The notes under the pieces were generated by a model. It ran no database searches and was not told the origin of the DNA. It was given only the letters and a program-made list of their open reading frames with translations. A DNA stretch of 64,000 nucleotides from Acidimicrobiales bacterium (GTDB lineage: Bacteria; Actinomycetota; Acidimicrobiia; Acidimicrobiales; RAAP-2): contig JBKQNY010000007.1 of the NCBI GenBank assembly GCA_052145775.1, positions 958-64,957 of the forward strand. The letters are read 5' to 3'. Below, one piece after another: positions 45,293 to 54,359 of this stretch (its first letter is position 1; every line of letters begins with the position of its first letter). A program made the translations under genes and the position numbers.

Positions 45293-46584
45293 TCGGCTGG
45301 CCCCTGGTCGTCCTCGTCGTCGCCGTCGGCGCCCTCCGTCTGTGGATGCGCCGGCGCCGACGGGACCGCTCCGCAGACCGTGCGTTGTCATGGCCCGGTC
45401 GCAGCGACGTCGGGCTCGTGGCGGGGCGCGAGATCCGCGAGCGCTACCGGGCCAAGATCTTTCGGATCGGCACCCTGGTGATCTTGGCCGTGGTGGCCGG
45501 GGCGATCGTCATCCCCAAGATCGACAGCGGTCACCACCATCCCCAGCAGGTCGGCGTGGTGGGCCCGCTCGACAGCTCCCTGCGACAGTCCATCGACACC
45601 TCCGCCCGGAACGTCGCCACCACCGCCCACCTCGTCGACGAGCCCGACCTGGCGGCGGCGAAGAAGAAGCTCCGCCAGGGCGATGTCTCTCTGGTCGTCG
45701 TCGACGGTCGCGAGCTGGTGGTGAACGCCCCGGTCGCGGCGACCGACACCTCGACCACAGCGCAGTTCGTCCGCGCCGTGTCAAAGGAACTCGCCGTGGC
45801 CGAAGCGCTCCAGGCCGCGCACCTCTCCCCCGCCCAGGCATCGGTGCTGGCCCAGGCACACGCCCTCCCCGTCCACAGCCTCCAGCCGGGACGCACCCAC
45901 GGCGCGGCCCAGGGCACCTCGGTGGTCGGGCTGATCCTCATCTTCATCATGCTCAATCAGTACAACGGGTGGATCCTGGTCGGCGTCATGGAGGAGAAGT
46001 CGAGCCGGGTCATCGAGGTCCTCATGGCCGCGGTTCGCCCGATCCGCCTCCTCACCGGCAAGGTCCTCGGCATCGGCTTCGTGGCCTTCTCCCAGGCCGC
46101 GCTCGTCGTGGCCTTCGCCCTCATCCTGGCCAAGGCCGTCGGCTCGGACCTGCTGTCGGGCACGGCGCCGCTGGTGCTGGTCAGCACCCTGGTCTGGCTG
46201 ATCCTCGGCTACGCCTTCTACTGCTGGGTCTTCGCCGCCGCCGGCTCTCTGGCCGAGCGCCAGGAACAGGTCCAGACCCTCGCGCTGCCGCTCAGCCTCC
46301 CCATCATCTTCGGCTACGTGATTGCGCTGACCGTCGCCAGCTCGGGCAACGCCTCCTCCTTCTTCGTGGTCCTCGCCTTCCTGCCGCCGACGGCACCCTT
46401 CGCCATGCCGGTGCTGGTCGCCCTCTCCAAGGTCTCCTGGTTGGGGTTCGTCGCCTCCGCCGCCATCAGCGTCGTGGCCACCGTGGGCATGGCCAGGTTG
46501 GCCGGCGCGATCTACCGGCGGGCCATCCTGCACACCGGCCGCCGGGTCCAGCTGCGCCAGGTCTTCCGGCGCGCCGCCGGTTAG
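45289..46584 (+). CDS. ABC-2 family transporter permease (NatB-like)
   Basis: C-terminal part of tracked ORF 44428..46584. VMEEKSSRVIEVLMAAVRPIRLLTGKVLGIG and multiple TM helices. The GTG at 45289 overlaps the upstream TGA (GTGA); a later start cannot be excluded. Confidence 0.8.
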   Translation: MIGWPLVVLVVAVGALRLWMRRRRRDRSADRALSWPGRSDVGLVAGREIRERYRAKIFRIGTLVILAVVAGAIVIPKIDSGHHHPQQVGVVGPLDSSLRQSIDTSARNVATTAHLVDEPDLAAAKKKLRQGDVSLVVVDGRELVVNAPVAATDTSTTAQFVRAVSKELAVAEALQAAHLSPAQASVLAQAHALPVHSLQPGRTHGAAQGTSVVGLILIFIMLNQYNGWILVGVMEEKSSRVIEVLMAAVRPIRLLTGKVLGIGFVAFSQAALVVAFALILAKAVGSDLLSGTAPLVLVSTLVWLILGYAFYCWVFAAAGSLAERQEQVQTLALPLSLPIIFGYVIALTVASSGNASSFFVVLAFLPPTAPFAMPVLVALSKVSWLGFVASAAISVVATVGMARLAGAIYRRAILHTGRRVQLRQVFRRAAG

Positions 46585-46606
46585 GCGGGGAGCCCCGCTT
46601 GTAGCC

Positions 46607-48502
46607 TTGCCGCTTATGCCGAGCCGACGCGACGTGCTCAAGGGGGGAGGGGCACTCGTCGCCGGCGGGCTCGGCGGCACGTGGGTGGCGTCGCCGGCCG
46701 GCGCGCTCCCCCCGGGCCCCGGCGACCCGGGGCCGGCCAGTCGGGCGCGGGCCGCGGCGGAGCTGGCGGCGGCGATCCCTTCGACGGCCTGGCGCAGAGG
46801 CGGGCCCGGTCCCCTCTACTGGAGCACCTACGGCTACAGCAACGCCAAGAACGCACAGATCCCCGAATCGGTGTGGCAGGCGAACATCGACTGGGTCGCC
46901 GAGGAGCTGGCGCCCCACGGCTACCGCATGGTGTGCACGGACGGCTGGATCGACGGCGACCAGGACGTCACCTCCCACGGCTACATCAAGAGCCTGAGCG
47001 ACGACTGGGAGCACGACTGGGCGTGGTGGGCCGACTACCTCGACAAGCGCGGCATGCAGCTCGGCGTCTACTACAACCCGCTGTGGGCCACGAAGTCGGC
47101 GGTGACAGACCGCTCGGTCAAGGTCGTCGGGCGGCCGGACGTCGCCGTGGCCGACCTGGTCAACACGGGCGACTTCTTCGACGGCGGCGGCCAGCTCCAG
47201 TGGGTCGACGCCAGCCGCGACGGGGCCGAGGAGTACGTGAGGGGCTACGTCGAGTACTTCCGCGAACTCGGGGCCGTCTTCTTGAGGATCGACTTCCTCG
47301 GGTGGTACGAGATCGGCTACGACCAGAACGAGGGCACCATCGGCACCGGCCACGGTCGGGAGAGCTACGTGCGGGCCCTGCAGTGGATGCGTGAGGGCGC
47401 GGGCCCCGACATGCAGCTCAGCCTGGTGATGCCGAACCTCTTCGACCACGCGGCGGCCGAGCGCCTCTACGGCGACCTGGTCCGCATCGACAACGACGCC
47501 ACATTCGGCCAGTGGTACCACCTGAGCGGGGGCCGGCAGACCTGGCAGCCCATCTGGTCGCAGTGGAACAACCCGTTCCAGGGCTTCACCGGGTTCTCCG
47601 ACGTCTCCGGGCACGCCCAGCTCGTCCTCGACGGCGACCCGCTCCTCATGAGCACCTTCACCACCGACACAGAGCGCCGGTCCGCCGTCAACCTGTTCAC
47701 CATGGCCGGTGCGCCGATCGCCGTCGGCGACCAGTACGACACCATCGGGGGCAACGCAGACCTCTACACCAACCCCGAGGTGCTCTCCGTCCGGCGCGCC
47801 GGGCTGGTCGGCAAGCCCCTCTCCTCGAACCCCCACGCCTACGACTACGACCAGACCGGCCGCGACCCCGAGCGCTGGATCGGCCAGCTGCCCGACGGCA
47901 GCTGGGTCGTCGGCCTGTTCAACCGCACAGACGGTCCCGGACCGTCCAAGCGGACCATCGACTTCGCCTCGGCCATGGGCCTCACCGGGCCCGCCAAGGT
48001 CCGCGACCTGTGGGCCCATCAGGATCTGGGCGCCTTCTCCACCTGGGGCGTGACACTGGCGCCCCACGCATCGACGCTGGTCACCGTGACCCCCCAGGAC
48101 AAGGTGCGCTATCAGGCGGAGGTGGGCGCGCTCGGCGGGTCGGCGAGGTTCGACAACACCTTCGGCGGCCACACCGCCATGGGGTACGTCACCGGCCTCG
48201 ACACGCCCGGCAGCAGCCTGGCCATCGCCGTGGCCGTCGACAAGCCGGGGACCCACCGTTTGACGTGCCGGGTGGCCAACGCCACCGGCGGCCCGGTGAG
48301 CCTGTCGGTGTCGGCGAGGAACCCCGACACCGGATCGACCACCGGGGCGGCGACCCTCGACGTCGGATCGTCGACGAGCTGGACGGAGTGGAGGGAGGTG
48401 ACCGTCGACCTGGCCCTCGGCTCGGGGACGAACCTGATCGAGGTGACGTCGGGGGACCGGGATGGCGGGCCCGTGAACGTCGACAGCCTGTCGTTGTCCT
48501 GA
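46607..48502 (+). CDS. Tat-exported glycoside hydrolase (GH27/clan GH-D-like TIM barrel by eye) with a C-terminal CBM6/CBM35-like module
   Basis: 631 aa. Twin-arginine signal SRRDVLKGGGALVAGG (ATG at 46616 is an alternative start). Core YWSTYGYSN...GYRMVCTDGWID...GVYYNPLW...FLRIDFLGWY. C-terminal RYQAEVGALGGSARFDNTFGGHTAMGYVTGL...LIEVTSGDRDGGPVNVDSLSLS. Family assignment is tentative. Confidence 0.7.
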   Translation: MPLMPSRRDVLKGGGALVAGGLGGTWVASPAGALPPGPGDPGPASRARAAAELAAAIPSTAWRRGGPGPLYWSTYGYSNAKNAQIPESVWQANIDWVAEELAPHGYRMVCTDGWIDGDQDVTSHGYIKSLSDDWEHDWAWWADYLDKRGMQLGVYYNPLWATKSAVTDRSVKVVGRPDVAVADLVNTGDFFDGGGQLQWVDASRDGAEEYVRGYVEYFRELGAVFLRIDFLGWYEIGYDQNEGTIGTGHGRESYVRALQWMREGAGPDMQLSLVMPNLFDHAAAERLYGDLVRIDNDATFGQWYHLSGGRQTWQPIWSQWNNPFQGFTGFSDVSGHAQLVLDGDPLLMSTFTTDTERRSAVNLFTMAGAPIAVGDQYDTIGGNADLYTNPEVLSVRRAGLVGKPLSSNPHAYDYDQTGRDPERWIGQLPDGSWVVGLFNRTDGPGPSKRTIDFASAMGLTGPAKVRDLWAHQDLGAFSTWGVTLAPHASTLVTVTPQDKVRYQAEVGALGGSARFDNTFGGHTAMGYVTGLDTPGSSLAIAVAVDKPGTHRLTCRVANATGGPVSLSVSARNPDTGSTTGAATLDVGSSTSWTEWREVTVDLALGSGTNLIEVTSGDRDGGPVNVDSLSLS

Positions 48503-48574
48503 CGGACGGCCCCGCCAAGTGGCGGGCTGCCACCGGCGAGGACCCTGTGGCTCGCCGGAGCCGGCGGGGACCCC

Positions 48575-48901
48575 ATGGGGGTGGACCGGTACCCTGGCCG
48601 TGTGCGCAGAAGGGTCCTGGTCGCCGTCGCCCTCTCCGTCCTCGTCGAGGCCCTCGTCGTGGGGAGCCGGAGGGGCCGCCTCCTCGCCGTCGACACCGTG
48701 GTCCGGTGCCGACGCGGCCACCTCTACACGACGATGTGGGTTCCCGGCGGCTCCCTCAAGGCGCTCCGCCTCGGCTGGTGGCGCTACCAGCGGTGCCCGG
48801 TCGGCGGCCACTGGGCGCTGGTCACCCCGGCCCGCGTGTCGGAGTTGTCCGGCGAGCAGCTCCGGGAGGCGGCCGCCGTCCACGACCTGCGCATCCCCTG
48901 A
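48575..48901 (+). CDS. Hypothetical membrane-anchored small protein with duplicated C-x2/3-G-H motif
   Basis: 108 aa. N-terminal TM VLVAVALSVLVEALVV, then VVRCRRGHLYTTMWVPGGSLKALRLGWWRYQRCPVGGHW. GC3-rich codon usage like neighbouring genes. Confidence 0.55.
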   Translation: MGVDRYPGRVRRRVLVAVALSVLVEALVVGSRRGRLLAVDTVVRCRRGHLYTTMWVPGGSLKALRLGWWRYQRCPVGGHWALVTPARVSELSGEQLREAAAVHDLRIP

Positions 48902-48902
48902 A

Positions 48903-49670
48903 TCAGACCCGGACCGCCCTCCAGCAGTGGCAGCGCATGGGCAGCTCGATCCTCTGGCGGCCGGCCATGAGCGGGTGGTTGACCACGAAGTCGGCCAGCT
49001 CGGCCCGCACCCGCGCCCGCTCGGCCTCTGTGAGGACGATGAAGCCGCTGTAGGTGCCGGCCAACCCCACCAGCTGCTCAGCCGTGAACGTCTCCTGCCA
49101 GCGCACCGTCGTCCTCTCCGGCGGAGCGAAGGGCGCGTCGGCGGGGAGCTCGACCCGGTGGCGCCGGGAGCGCTCCTTCGCCTGGGCGGCCAGCGCCCCG
49201 GTGTCCATTCCGGGTCCGGCGATCAGCTCGGCCAGCCAGTCCTCCGAGCGGTCGGGCCCGCTCCACATGAGGCCGAGCACCCCGCCGGGGCGCAGCGCCC
49301 GGGCGGCCTCGCGGGCACCGCGCCCGGGCTCGACCCAGTGCCACATGGAGGACCCCACCACGGCCTGGGCGGTCCCGCCGATCAGGGGCAGCTCCTCGGC
49401 CCGGCCCACGGCCACCGGCACGCCGGCGAGGCGGGCGGCGAGCACGCTGCCCATGCGCCGGTCGGGCTCCACCGCCACCACCCGGTCCACCCGGCGCACC
49501 AGCTCCCGGGTGAGGGCGCCGGTGCCCGCCCCCACCTCGACCGCCAGGCCCCGCCGTCCGTCGAGCACCCAGGCCACGGCCTCGGGCGGCGGGCCCGGGC
49601 GGTAGCGGTCGTACTCCTCGGCGATGGATCCGAAGGACAGGGCGCGGACGTCGGCGTGCTCGTCGGCCAT
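48903..49670 (-). CDS. Class I SAM-dependent methyltransferase
   Basis: Last 255 codons of tracked ORF 48903..51647. MADEHADVRALSFGSIAEEYDRYRP, motif I LAVEVGAGTGALTRELV, RPGGVLGLMW. Confidence 0.85.
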   Translation of the reverse strand: MADEHADVRALSFGSIAEEYDRYRPGPPPEAVAWVLDGRRGLAVEVGAGTGALTRELVRRVDRVVAVEPDRRMGSVLAARLAGVPVAVGRAEELPLIGGTAQAVVGSSMWHWVEPGRGAREAARALRPGGVLGLMWSGPDRSEDWLAELIAGPGMDTGALAAQAKERSRRHRVELPADAPFAPPERTTVRWQETFTAEQLVGLAGTYSGFIVLTEAERARVRAELADFVVNHPLMAGRQRIELPMRCHCWRAVRV

Positions 49671-49681
49671 CGCGGCCGACG

Positions 49682-51133
49682 TTAGCCCTGACCGGCCAGG
49701 AGCTCGCCCTGCACGACGGCCTCCCGCCGCACCTTGCGGCCGGCCAGGACCAGGTACGCCAGCCCACCCACCCCGAGACCGAGGTAGACGCTGAAGTCGG
49801 CGCCGCCGGTGTGCGAGGAGAGCAGCCCCTCGTAGAAGGACTGGCTCAGCCCCATGAGGGCGGCGAACATGCCGACCACCTGGGCCACGACGGCCGGCCA
49901 GTGCACGCCGCCGTTGCGCCAGTAGAGGCCGCCGCGCTCGCGTTGGAGTTCGCCCGGCACGTAGCGGTAGCGCCGGAGCGCCCAGTCGACCAGGAAGATG
50001 GCGGTCCAGGGGGCGATCCAGACGATCACACAGGCCACGAAGTCGCTGAGCAGCGTGTTGAACGACGAGGAGAAGATGGCATAGGCGGTCAGGCCCCCGG
50101 CCACGACGGTGTCGACGAGGACGGCCTGCCAGCGCTTGAGGCGGAGCCCGATGGCCTGGAGGGTCACTCCCGAGGAGTAGAGGTCGAGGCTGTTGATGGC
50201 GAACAGCTGCAGGATGGCCACGACCAGGAACGGGACCAAGAACCAGCCCGAAAAGACGTGGGGCAGTGTGGTGATGGGGTTGCCGCCCTCCGACGGCACG
50301 TAGGTCCCGACGGCCGCCCCCAGGATCATGATGAGCACCGACGGGATGAACGTGCCGGCGAACACCCAGCCGACGATGGCCCGCTTGTCGGCCTGGCGGG
50401 GGACGTAGCGCGAGTAGTCGTTGCCGTTCTCGGTCCAGCCGAGGCCCGAGGTGACGATGATGAAGGCCAGGCCGGCCATCCACGACGCCCAGCCCGCCCC
50501 GTGGTGGACGCTGTGCACATCGAGCTTGCCCAGGGTGAGGACGGCCAGGATGACGAAGAGGGCGGCGAAGGGCGCCGCCAGCCACCGAAGCGTGCGCAGG
50601 ATGGTGCCGTGGCCGAAGAGCGGGAGGACCAGCTGGATGCCGGCCGCCGCCACGATGAGGAGGATCTTCCAGGCCGTGCCGGCATGGAAGCCGGCCTTGG
50701 CGGTGAGGGCGATGCCGGCCAGCACCACCAGGGCGATGCCCTCGGCCTCGAACCCCACCTGGGTGAGCCAGTTGAACAGGGCGACGAGGCGGTTGCCGTT
50801 CTGGCCGAACGAGGCGCGGTTCACGATGAAGGTGGTCGTGCCGGCGTCGGGTCCCTGGAGCGAGGTCAGGCCCACCAGGAGGTAGGAGAGGTTCCCCACC
50901 ACGATGATCACCACGGCCTGGGCGAAGCTCACCCCGAAGAAGGCCATGAGGACGGCCCCGTAGACGAAGATCTCGAAGTTGGTGAGCGCCCCGGCCCACA
51001 TGCCGAAGAGGTTGCGGGGCTTGGACCACCGCTCGGATTCGGGGACGTACTCGATCCCGCGCTGCTCGATGTGGAAGAGCTCGTCGGCTGTCCCGCTCGG
51101 GGCCGGCCGGCTCGCCGCCTCGGTGGTGGCCAT
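49682..51133 (-). CDS. NCS1-family permease (purine-cytosine/allantoin/vitamin-precursor type)
   Basis: Tracked ORF 49682..51223. [39 protein letters not shown] and about 12 TM helices. ATG at 51133 (MATTEAAS) follows GAGGGAGGG. Confidence 0.85.
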   Translation of the reverse strand: MATTEAASRPAPSGTADELFHIEQRGIEYVPESERWSKPRNLFGMWAGALTNFEIFVYGAVLMAFFGVSFAQAVVIIVVGNLSYLLVGLTSLQGPDAGTTTFIVNRASFGQNGNRLVALFNWLTQVGFEAEGIALVVLAGIALTAKAGFHAGTAWKILLIVAAAGIQLVLPLFGHGTILRTLRWLAAPFAALFVILAVLTLGKLDVHSVHHGAGWASWMAGLAFIIVTSGLGWTENGNDYSRYVPRQADKRAIVGWVFAGTFIPSVLIMILGAAVGTYVPSEGGNPITTLPHVFSGWFLVPFLVVAILQLFAINSLDLYSSGVTLQAIGLRLKRWQAVLVDTVVAGGLTAYAIFSSSFNTLLSDFVACVIVWIAPWTAIFLVDWALRRYRYVPGELQRERGGLYWRNGGVHWPAVVAQVVGMFAALMGLSQSFYEGLLSSHTGGADFSVYLGLGVGGLAYLVLAGRKVRREAVVQGELLAGQG

Positions 51134-51330
51134 GGTCGCTCGCCCTCCCTCGCCGTCCCGCTTCCTGCGGCCGCACCGACCCGGGCCGTCCACAGAGTCG
51201 CCCGCCGCGCCGCGGGCCGTCAAGCACCTCGGACCCGCCCCGACGGTGGGCTCGGCCTCCCCGGTCGCCGTCGGCGCTACGCTCCCCCGGCGGTGCGGCT
51301 CGCCAGTCGCCCGGAACCTGGGGGGCGCAG

Positions 51331-52119
51331 ATGATCCTCGACCGCTTCCGGCTCACCGACGCGGTGGCCGTCGTGACCGGTGCCGGGCGGGGCATCGGCG
51401 CGGCCACGGCCGTCGCCCTGGCCGAGGCCGGGGCCGACGTGGTGGTGGCGGCGCGCACCGAGGAACAGCTGCGCGAGGTGGCCGACCGGGTGGCGTCGGC
51501 CGGGCGTCGGGCGGTGGTGGTGGCGGCCGACCTCAACGACCTCGAGGCGGTGGCCGCCCTGGCGGCGACGGCCCGCGACGAGCTCGGCCGCCTCGACGTG
51601 GTGGTGAACAACCTCGGAGGGGCGATGCCGCGACCGCTCCTCGACACCTCGACCGGCTACCTGGAGCGGGCGTTCCACTTCAACGTGTCCACCACCCACG
51701 CCCTGGTGCGGGCGGCCACGCCGGTCATGCTCGAGGGCGGGGGCGGTGCCGTGGTCAACATCTCGTCCACTATGGGCCGGGCCGCCGGGCGGGGCTACCT
51801 CGCCTACGGCACGGTCAAGGCGGCGCTGGCCCACTACACCCGCCTGGCCGCCCGGGACCTGGCGCCGCGCATCCGGGTGAACGCCGTGGCCGTCGGCTCG
51901 ACCGCCACCTCGGCCCTAGAGCTCGTCTTGGACAGCGACGAGCTGCGGACGGCCATGGAGGAGGCGACGCCCATGAAGCGCATCGCCGACCCGTCGGAGA
52001 TCGCCGCGGCCGTGCTGTTCCTGGCGTCGCCGGCCGCCTCCTACGTGACCGGCAAGGTGCTGGAGGCCGACGGGGGACTCGAGGTCCCCAACCTCGACAT
52101 GGGGCTCCCCGACCTGTGA
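51331..52119 (+). CDS. SDR-family oxidoreductase (FabG-like)
   Basis: 262 aa. [43 protein letters not shown]. Confidence 0.9.
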   Translation: MILDRFRLTDAVAVVTGAGRGIGAATAVALAEAGADVVVAARTEEQLREVADRVASAGRRAVVVAADLNDLEAVAALAATARDELGRLDVVVNNLGGAMPRPLLDTSTGYLERAFHFNVSTTHALVRAATPVMLEGGGGAVVNISSTMGRAAGRGYLAYGTVKAALAHYTRLAARDLAPRIRVNAVAVGSTATSALELVLDSDELRTAMEEATPMKRIADPSEIAAAVLFLASPAASYVTGKVLEADGGLEVPNLDMGLPDL

Positions 52120-52162
52120 CCCGCGCCAGGGGGGCCCGTCGGGCCGAGGGCAGGAGGACGCC

Positions 52163-53224
52163 GTGACGCACCGGGTGGTCGCCTGGAGCACCGGGAACGT
52201 CGGCCGGCACGCGCTGGCCGGGATCGACGCGCACCCCGACCTCGAGCTGGTGGGGCTGTTCGTCTCGAACCCCGACAAGGTGGGGAAGGACGCCGGCGAG
52301 CTGGCCGGCCTGGGCCGCAGGCTGGGGGTGGCCGCCACCGATGACGCCGCCGCGCTCCTCGCCCGACAACCCGACTGCATCGTCCACTCGGCCATGGCCG
52401 ACAACCGGCTGACCGAGGCCCTGGACGACCTGGCCGGGTTCCTGCGCGCCGGGGTCAACGTGGTCTCCAGCGGACCGGTCTTCCTGCAGTACCCGGCCGA
52501 GGGCGATCCGATGGCCGAGCCGGTGCTGCGGGCGGCGGCCGAGGGCGGCGCCTCCATCTTCGTGAACGGGGTCGACCCGGGGTTCGCCAACGACACCCTC
52601 CCCCTGGTGCTGACCGGGGTGTGCGAGCGGATCGACGAGGTGCGCTGCATGGAGGTGCTCAACTACGCCACCTACAACCAGCCGATGGTGCTCTTCGACA
52701 TCATGGGCTTCGCCGGCCCCATGGACGAGCTGCCCATGCTCCTCCAGCCCGGGGTCCTCACCCTCGCCAGGGGCAGCGTGGTCCGACAGCTGGCGGCGGG
52801 GCTCGGGATCGAGCTCGAAGGGATCGAGGAGTGGCACGAGCGAGTGCCGGCCCCGTCCGACCTCGAGGTCGACGCCGGGCCGGTGCCCGCGGGCACCGTG
52901 GCCGGGCTGCACTTCGAGGTGCGCGGGATGCGCGGCGGCCGCCCGGTCCTCGTGCTCGAGCACGTCACCCGCCTCGACGACGACCTGGCCCCGGAGTGGC
53001 CCCAGCCCACGGGGCAGGGCTGCTACCGGGTGGTGGTCTCGGGCGAGCCGAACTTCACCCTCGACCTCCACGGCCTGGCCTCCGACGGGGACCACAACAC
53101 CGCCAACCTGAAGGCCACCGCCATGCGGCTCGTGACCGCCGTCCCCGCCGTGGTGGCCGCCGAGCCGGGGCTGGTCACCGCCCTCGACCTCCCGCTCATC
53201 ACCGGGCGCGGCCTGGTCCGCTGA
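52163..53224 (+). CDS. DapB-N-like NAD(P)-binding protein (NAD(P)H-dependent amine dehydrogenase family)
   Basis: 353 aa. VVAWSTGNVGRHALAGIDAHPDLELVGLFVSNPDKVGKDAGEL, VNVVSSGPVFLQYP. Family recalled from memory. Confidence 0.75.
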   Translation: MTHRVVAWSTGNVGRHALAGIDAHPDLELVGLFVSNPDKVGKDAGELAGLGRRLGVAATDDAAALLARQPDCIVHSAMADNRLTEALDDLAGFLRAGVNVVSSGPVFLQYPAEGDPMAEPVLRAAAEGGASIFVNGVDPGFANDTLPLVLTGVCERIDEVRCMEVLNYATYNQPMVLFDIMGFAGPMDELPMLLQPGVLTLARGSVVRQLAAGLGIELEGIEEWHERVPAPSDLEVDAGPVPAGTVAGLHFEVRGMRGGRPVLVLEHVTRLDDDLAPEWPQPTGQGCYRVVVSGEPNFTLDLHGLASDGDHNTANLKATAMRLVTAVPAVVAAEPGLVTALDLPLITGRGLVR

Positions 53225-53240
53225 GCCGACGACGGGCTGG

Positions 53241-54320
53241 CTAGCGCGCCCGGCGCAGTCGCACGGCGGCGTCGGCCGCCGCCACGAGCGGCGTCAGGTC
53301 GCCGGTGTCGAGGTGGACCCGCAGCGCCGCCTCGGCCAGCTTGATGGCGTGCTCGTCGCCGCTGTCGACGACCGCCGCGGCGAGTTGGGTGGCGTCGGGC
53401 GGCGCCTCCTCGGGCTGGTGCTCGCCGGGCCGGGCGCGCACCGTGGCGTACGCGGTGTGCAGTGCGGCCACCGCCTGCCAGCTGTAGGCGAAGGCCACCG
53501 GCCGGTCGCCGGGGTGGAGCACCGGGAGCAGCAGGTCGAGCGCCATGGGCGCGGTCACGGCGTGGACCAGGGCGATCTCGTGGCCGCCTCCGGCGTTGGC
53601 CACGTAGGCCGCCGCACCCTGCGCGGCCAGGGCGGTCAGGGCCGCGTGGAGGTCGCGCGGCGCCGCCAGTGAGGCCACCCCCTGCTCGAACGGCGCGGCC
53701 ACCATGTCGAGGTGCACGACCCGCTCGGTGATGAACCGCTCCTCGGGGGCCTCCTCGGGCAACGTCGGCAGCCGGGCGACCGCCGCGGCCACCCCGTCCC
53801 GGCCCACCAGGAGCGGGGGTCCGGGGAGCTCCCGGTAGGTGGCCGCCCAGTAGGCCAACCCCTCGGCCATCTCGTGGCGGCGGAGCGGTCCCGCCTCGGC
53901 GCCGCCCGGGGCGGCGGCCCCCTCGGATGTCAGCAGCGAGCGCAGGGCGTGGGCCGTGCGGATGAGGCCGTGGGTCGCCGCGCCGACGGTGCCCGGGGCC
54001 AGGCGGGGCACCCACTCGGCCACCACCGACCCGGCCGGCCTCTCGTCCAGCTCCCGGTCGAAGAGGGCCAGCCAGTCGGCCCAGCGATCGGGCCGGCCGA
54101 GCGCCTCCTCGAGCTCGTCGGCCCCCGGGACGCGCCCGGGACCCGGTGCGGGCTCGAGGTGGCGGCGGTAGGCGGTGACGTACCGGGCGACGTCATGGCC
54201 GCGGCCGAGCCGCACCAGGGCCTCGGCGGCCATGGGGCCGTGGTTGGAGAAGCCGGCGCCGTACTCGGGGGCGAAGCCCGCCAGCGCCGTCAACGCCTCG
54301 TCGAGCATGCCGTCGTCCAC
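53241..54320 (-). CDS. Questin-oxidase-like (DUF4243) protein
   Basis: 359 aa. FAPEYGAGFSNHGPMAAEALVRLG, GAATHGLIRTAHALRSL. Confidence 0.65.
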   Translation of the reverse strand: MDDGMLDEALTALAGFAPEYGAGFSNHGPMAAEALVRLGRGHDVARYVTAYRRHLEPAPGPGRVPGADELEEALGRPDRWADWLALFDRELDERPAGSVVAEWVPRLAPGTVGAATHGLIRTAHALRSLLTSEGAAAPGGAEAGPLRRHEMAEGLAYWAATYRELPGPPLLVGRDGVAAAVARLPTLPEEAPEERFITERVVHLDMVAAPFEQGVASLAAPRDLHAALTALAAQGAAAYVANAGGGHEIALVHAVTAPMALDLLLPVLHPGDRPVAFAYSWQAVAALHTAYATVRARPGEHQPEEAPPDATQLAAAVVDSGDEHAIKLAEAALRVHLDTGDLTPLVAAADAAVRLRRAR

Positions 54321-54359
54321 CGGCGCAAGTATGGCGGCCAGCGGCCCCGGTGGCGACCG

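Noticed and set aside
51134-51330. 197-nt leader of the NCS1 permease as a possible TPP, purine or other riboswitch
   Set aside because: Reading the minus-strand leader, I find no CUGAGA / ACCUGAUCUGG-type TPP core and no purine-riboswitch junction motif. It contains only generic GC-rich self-complementarity.
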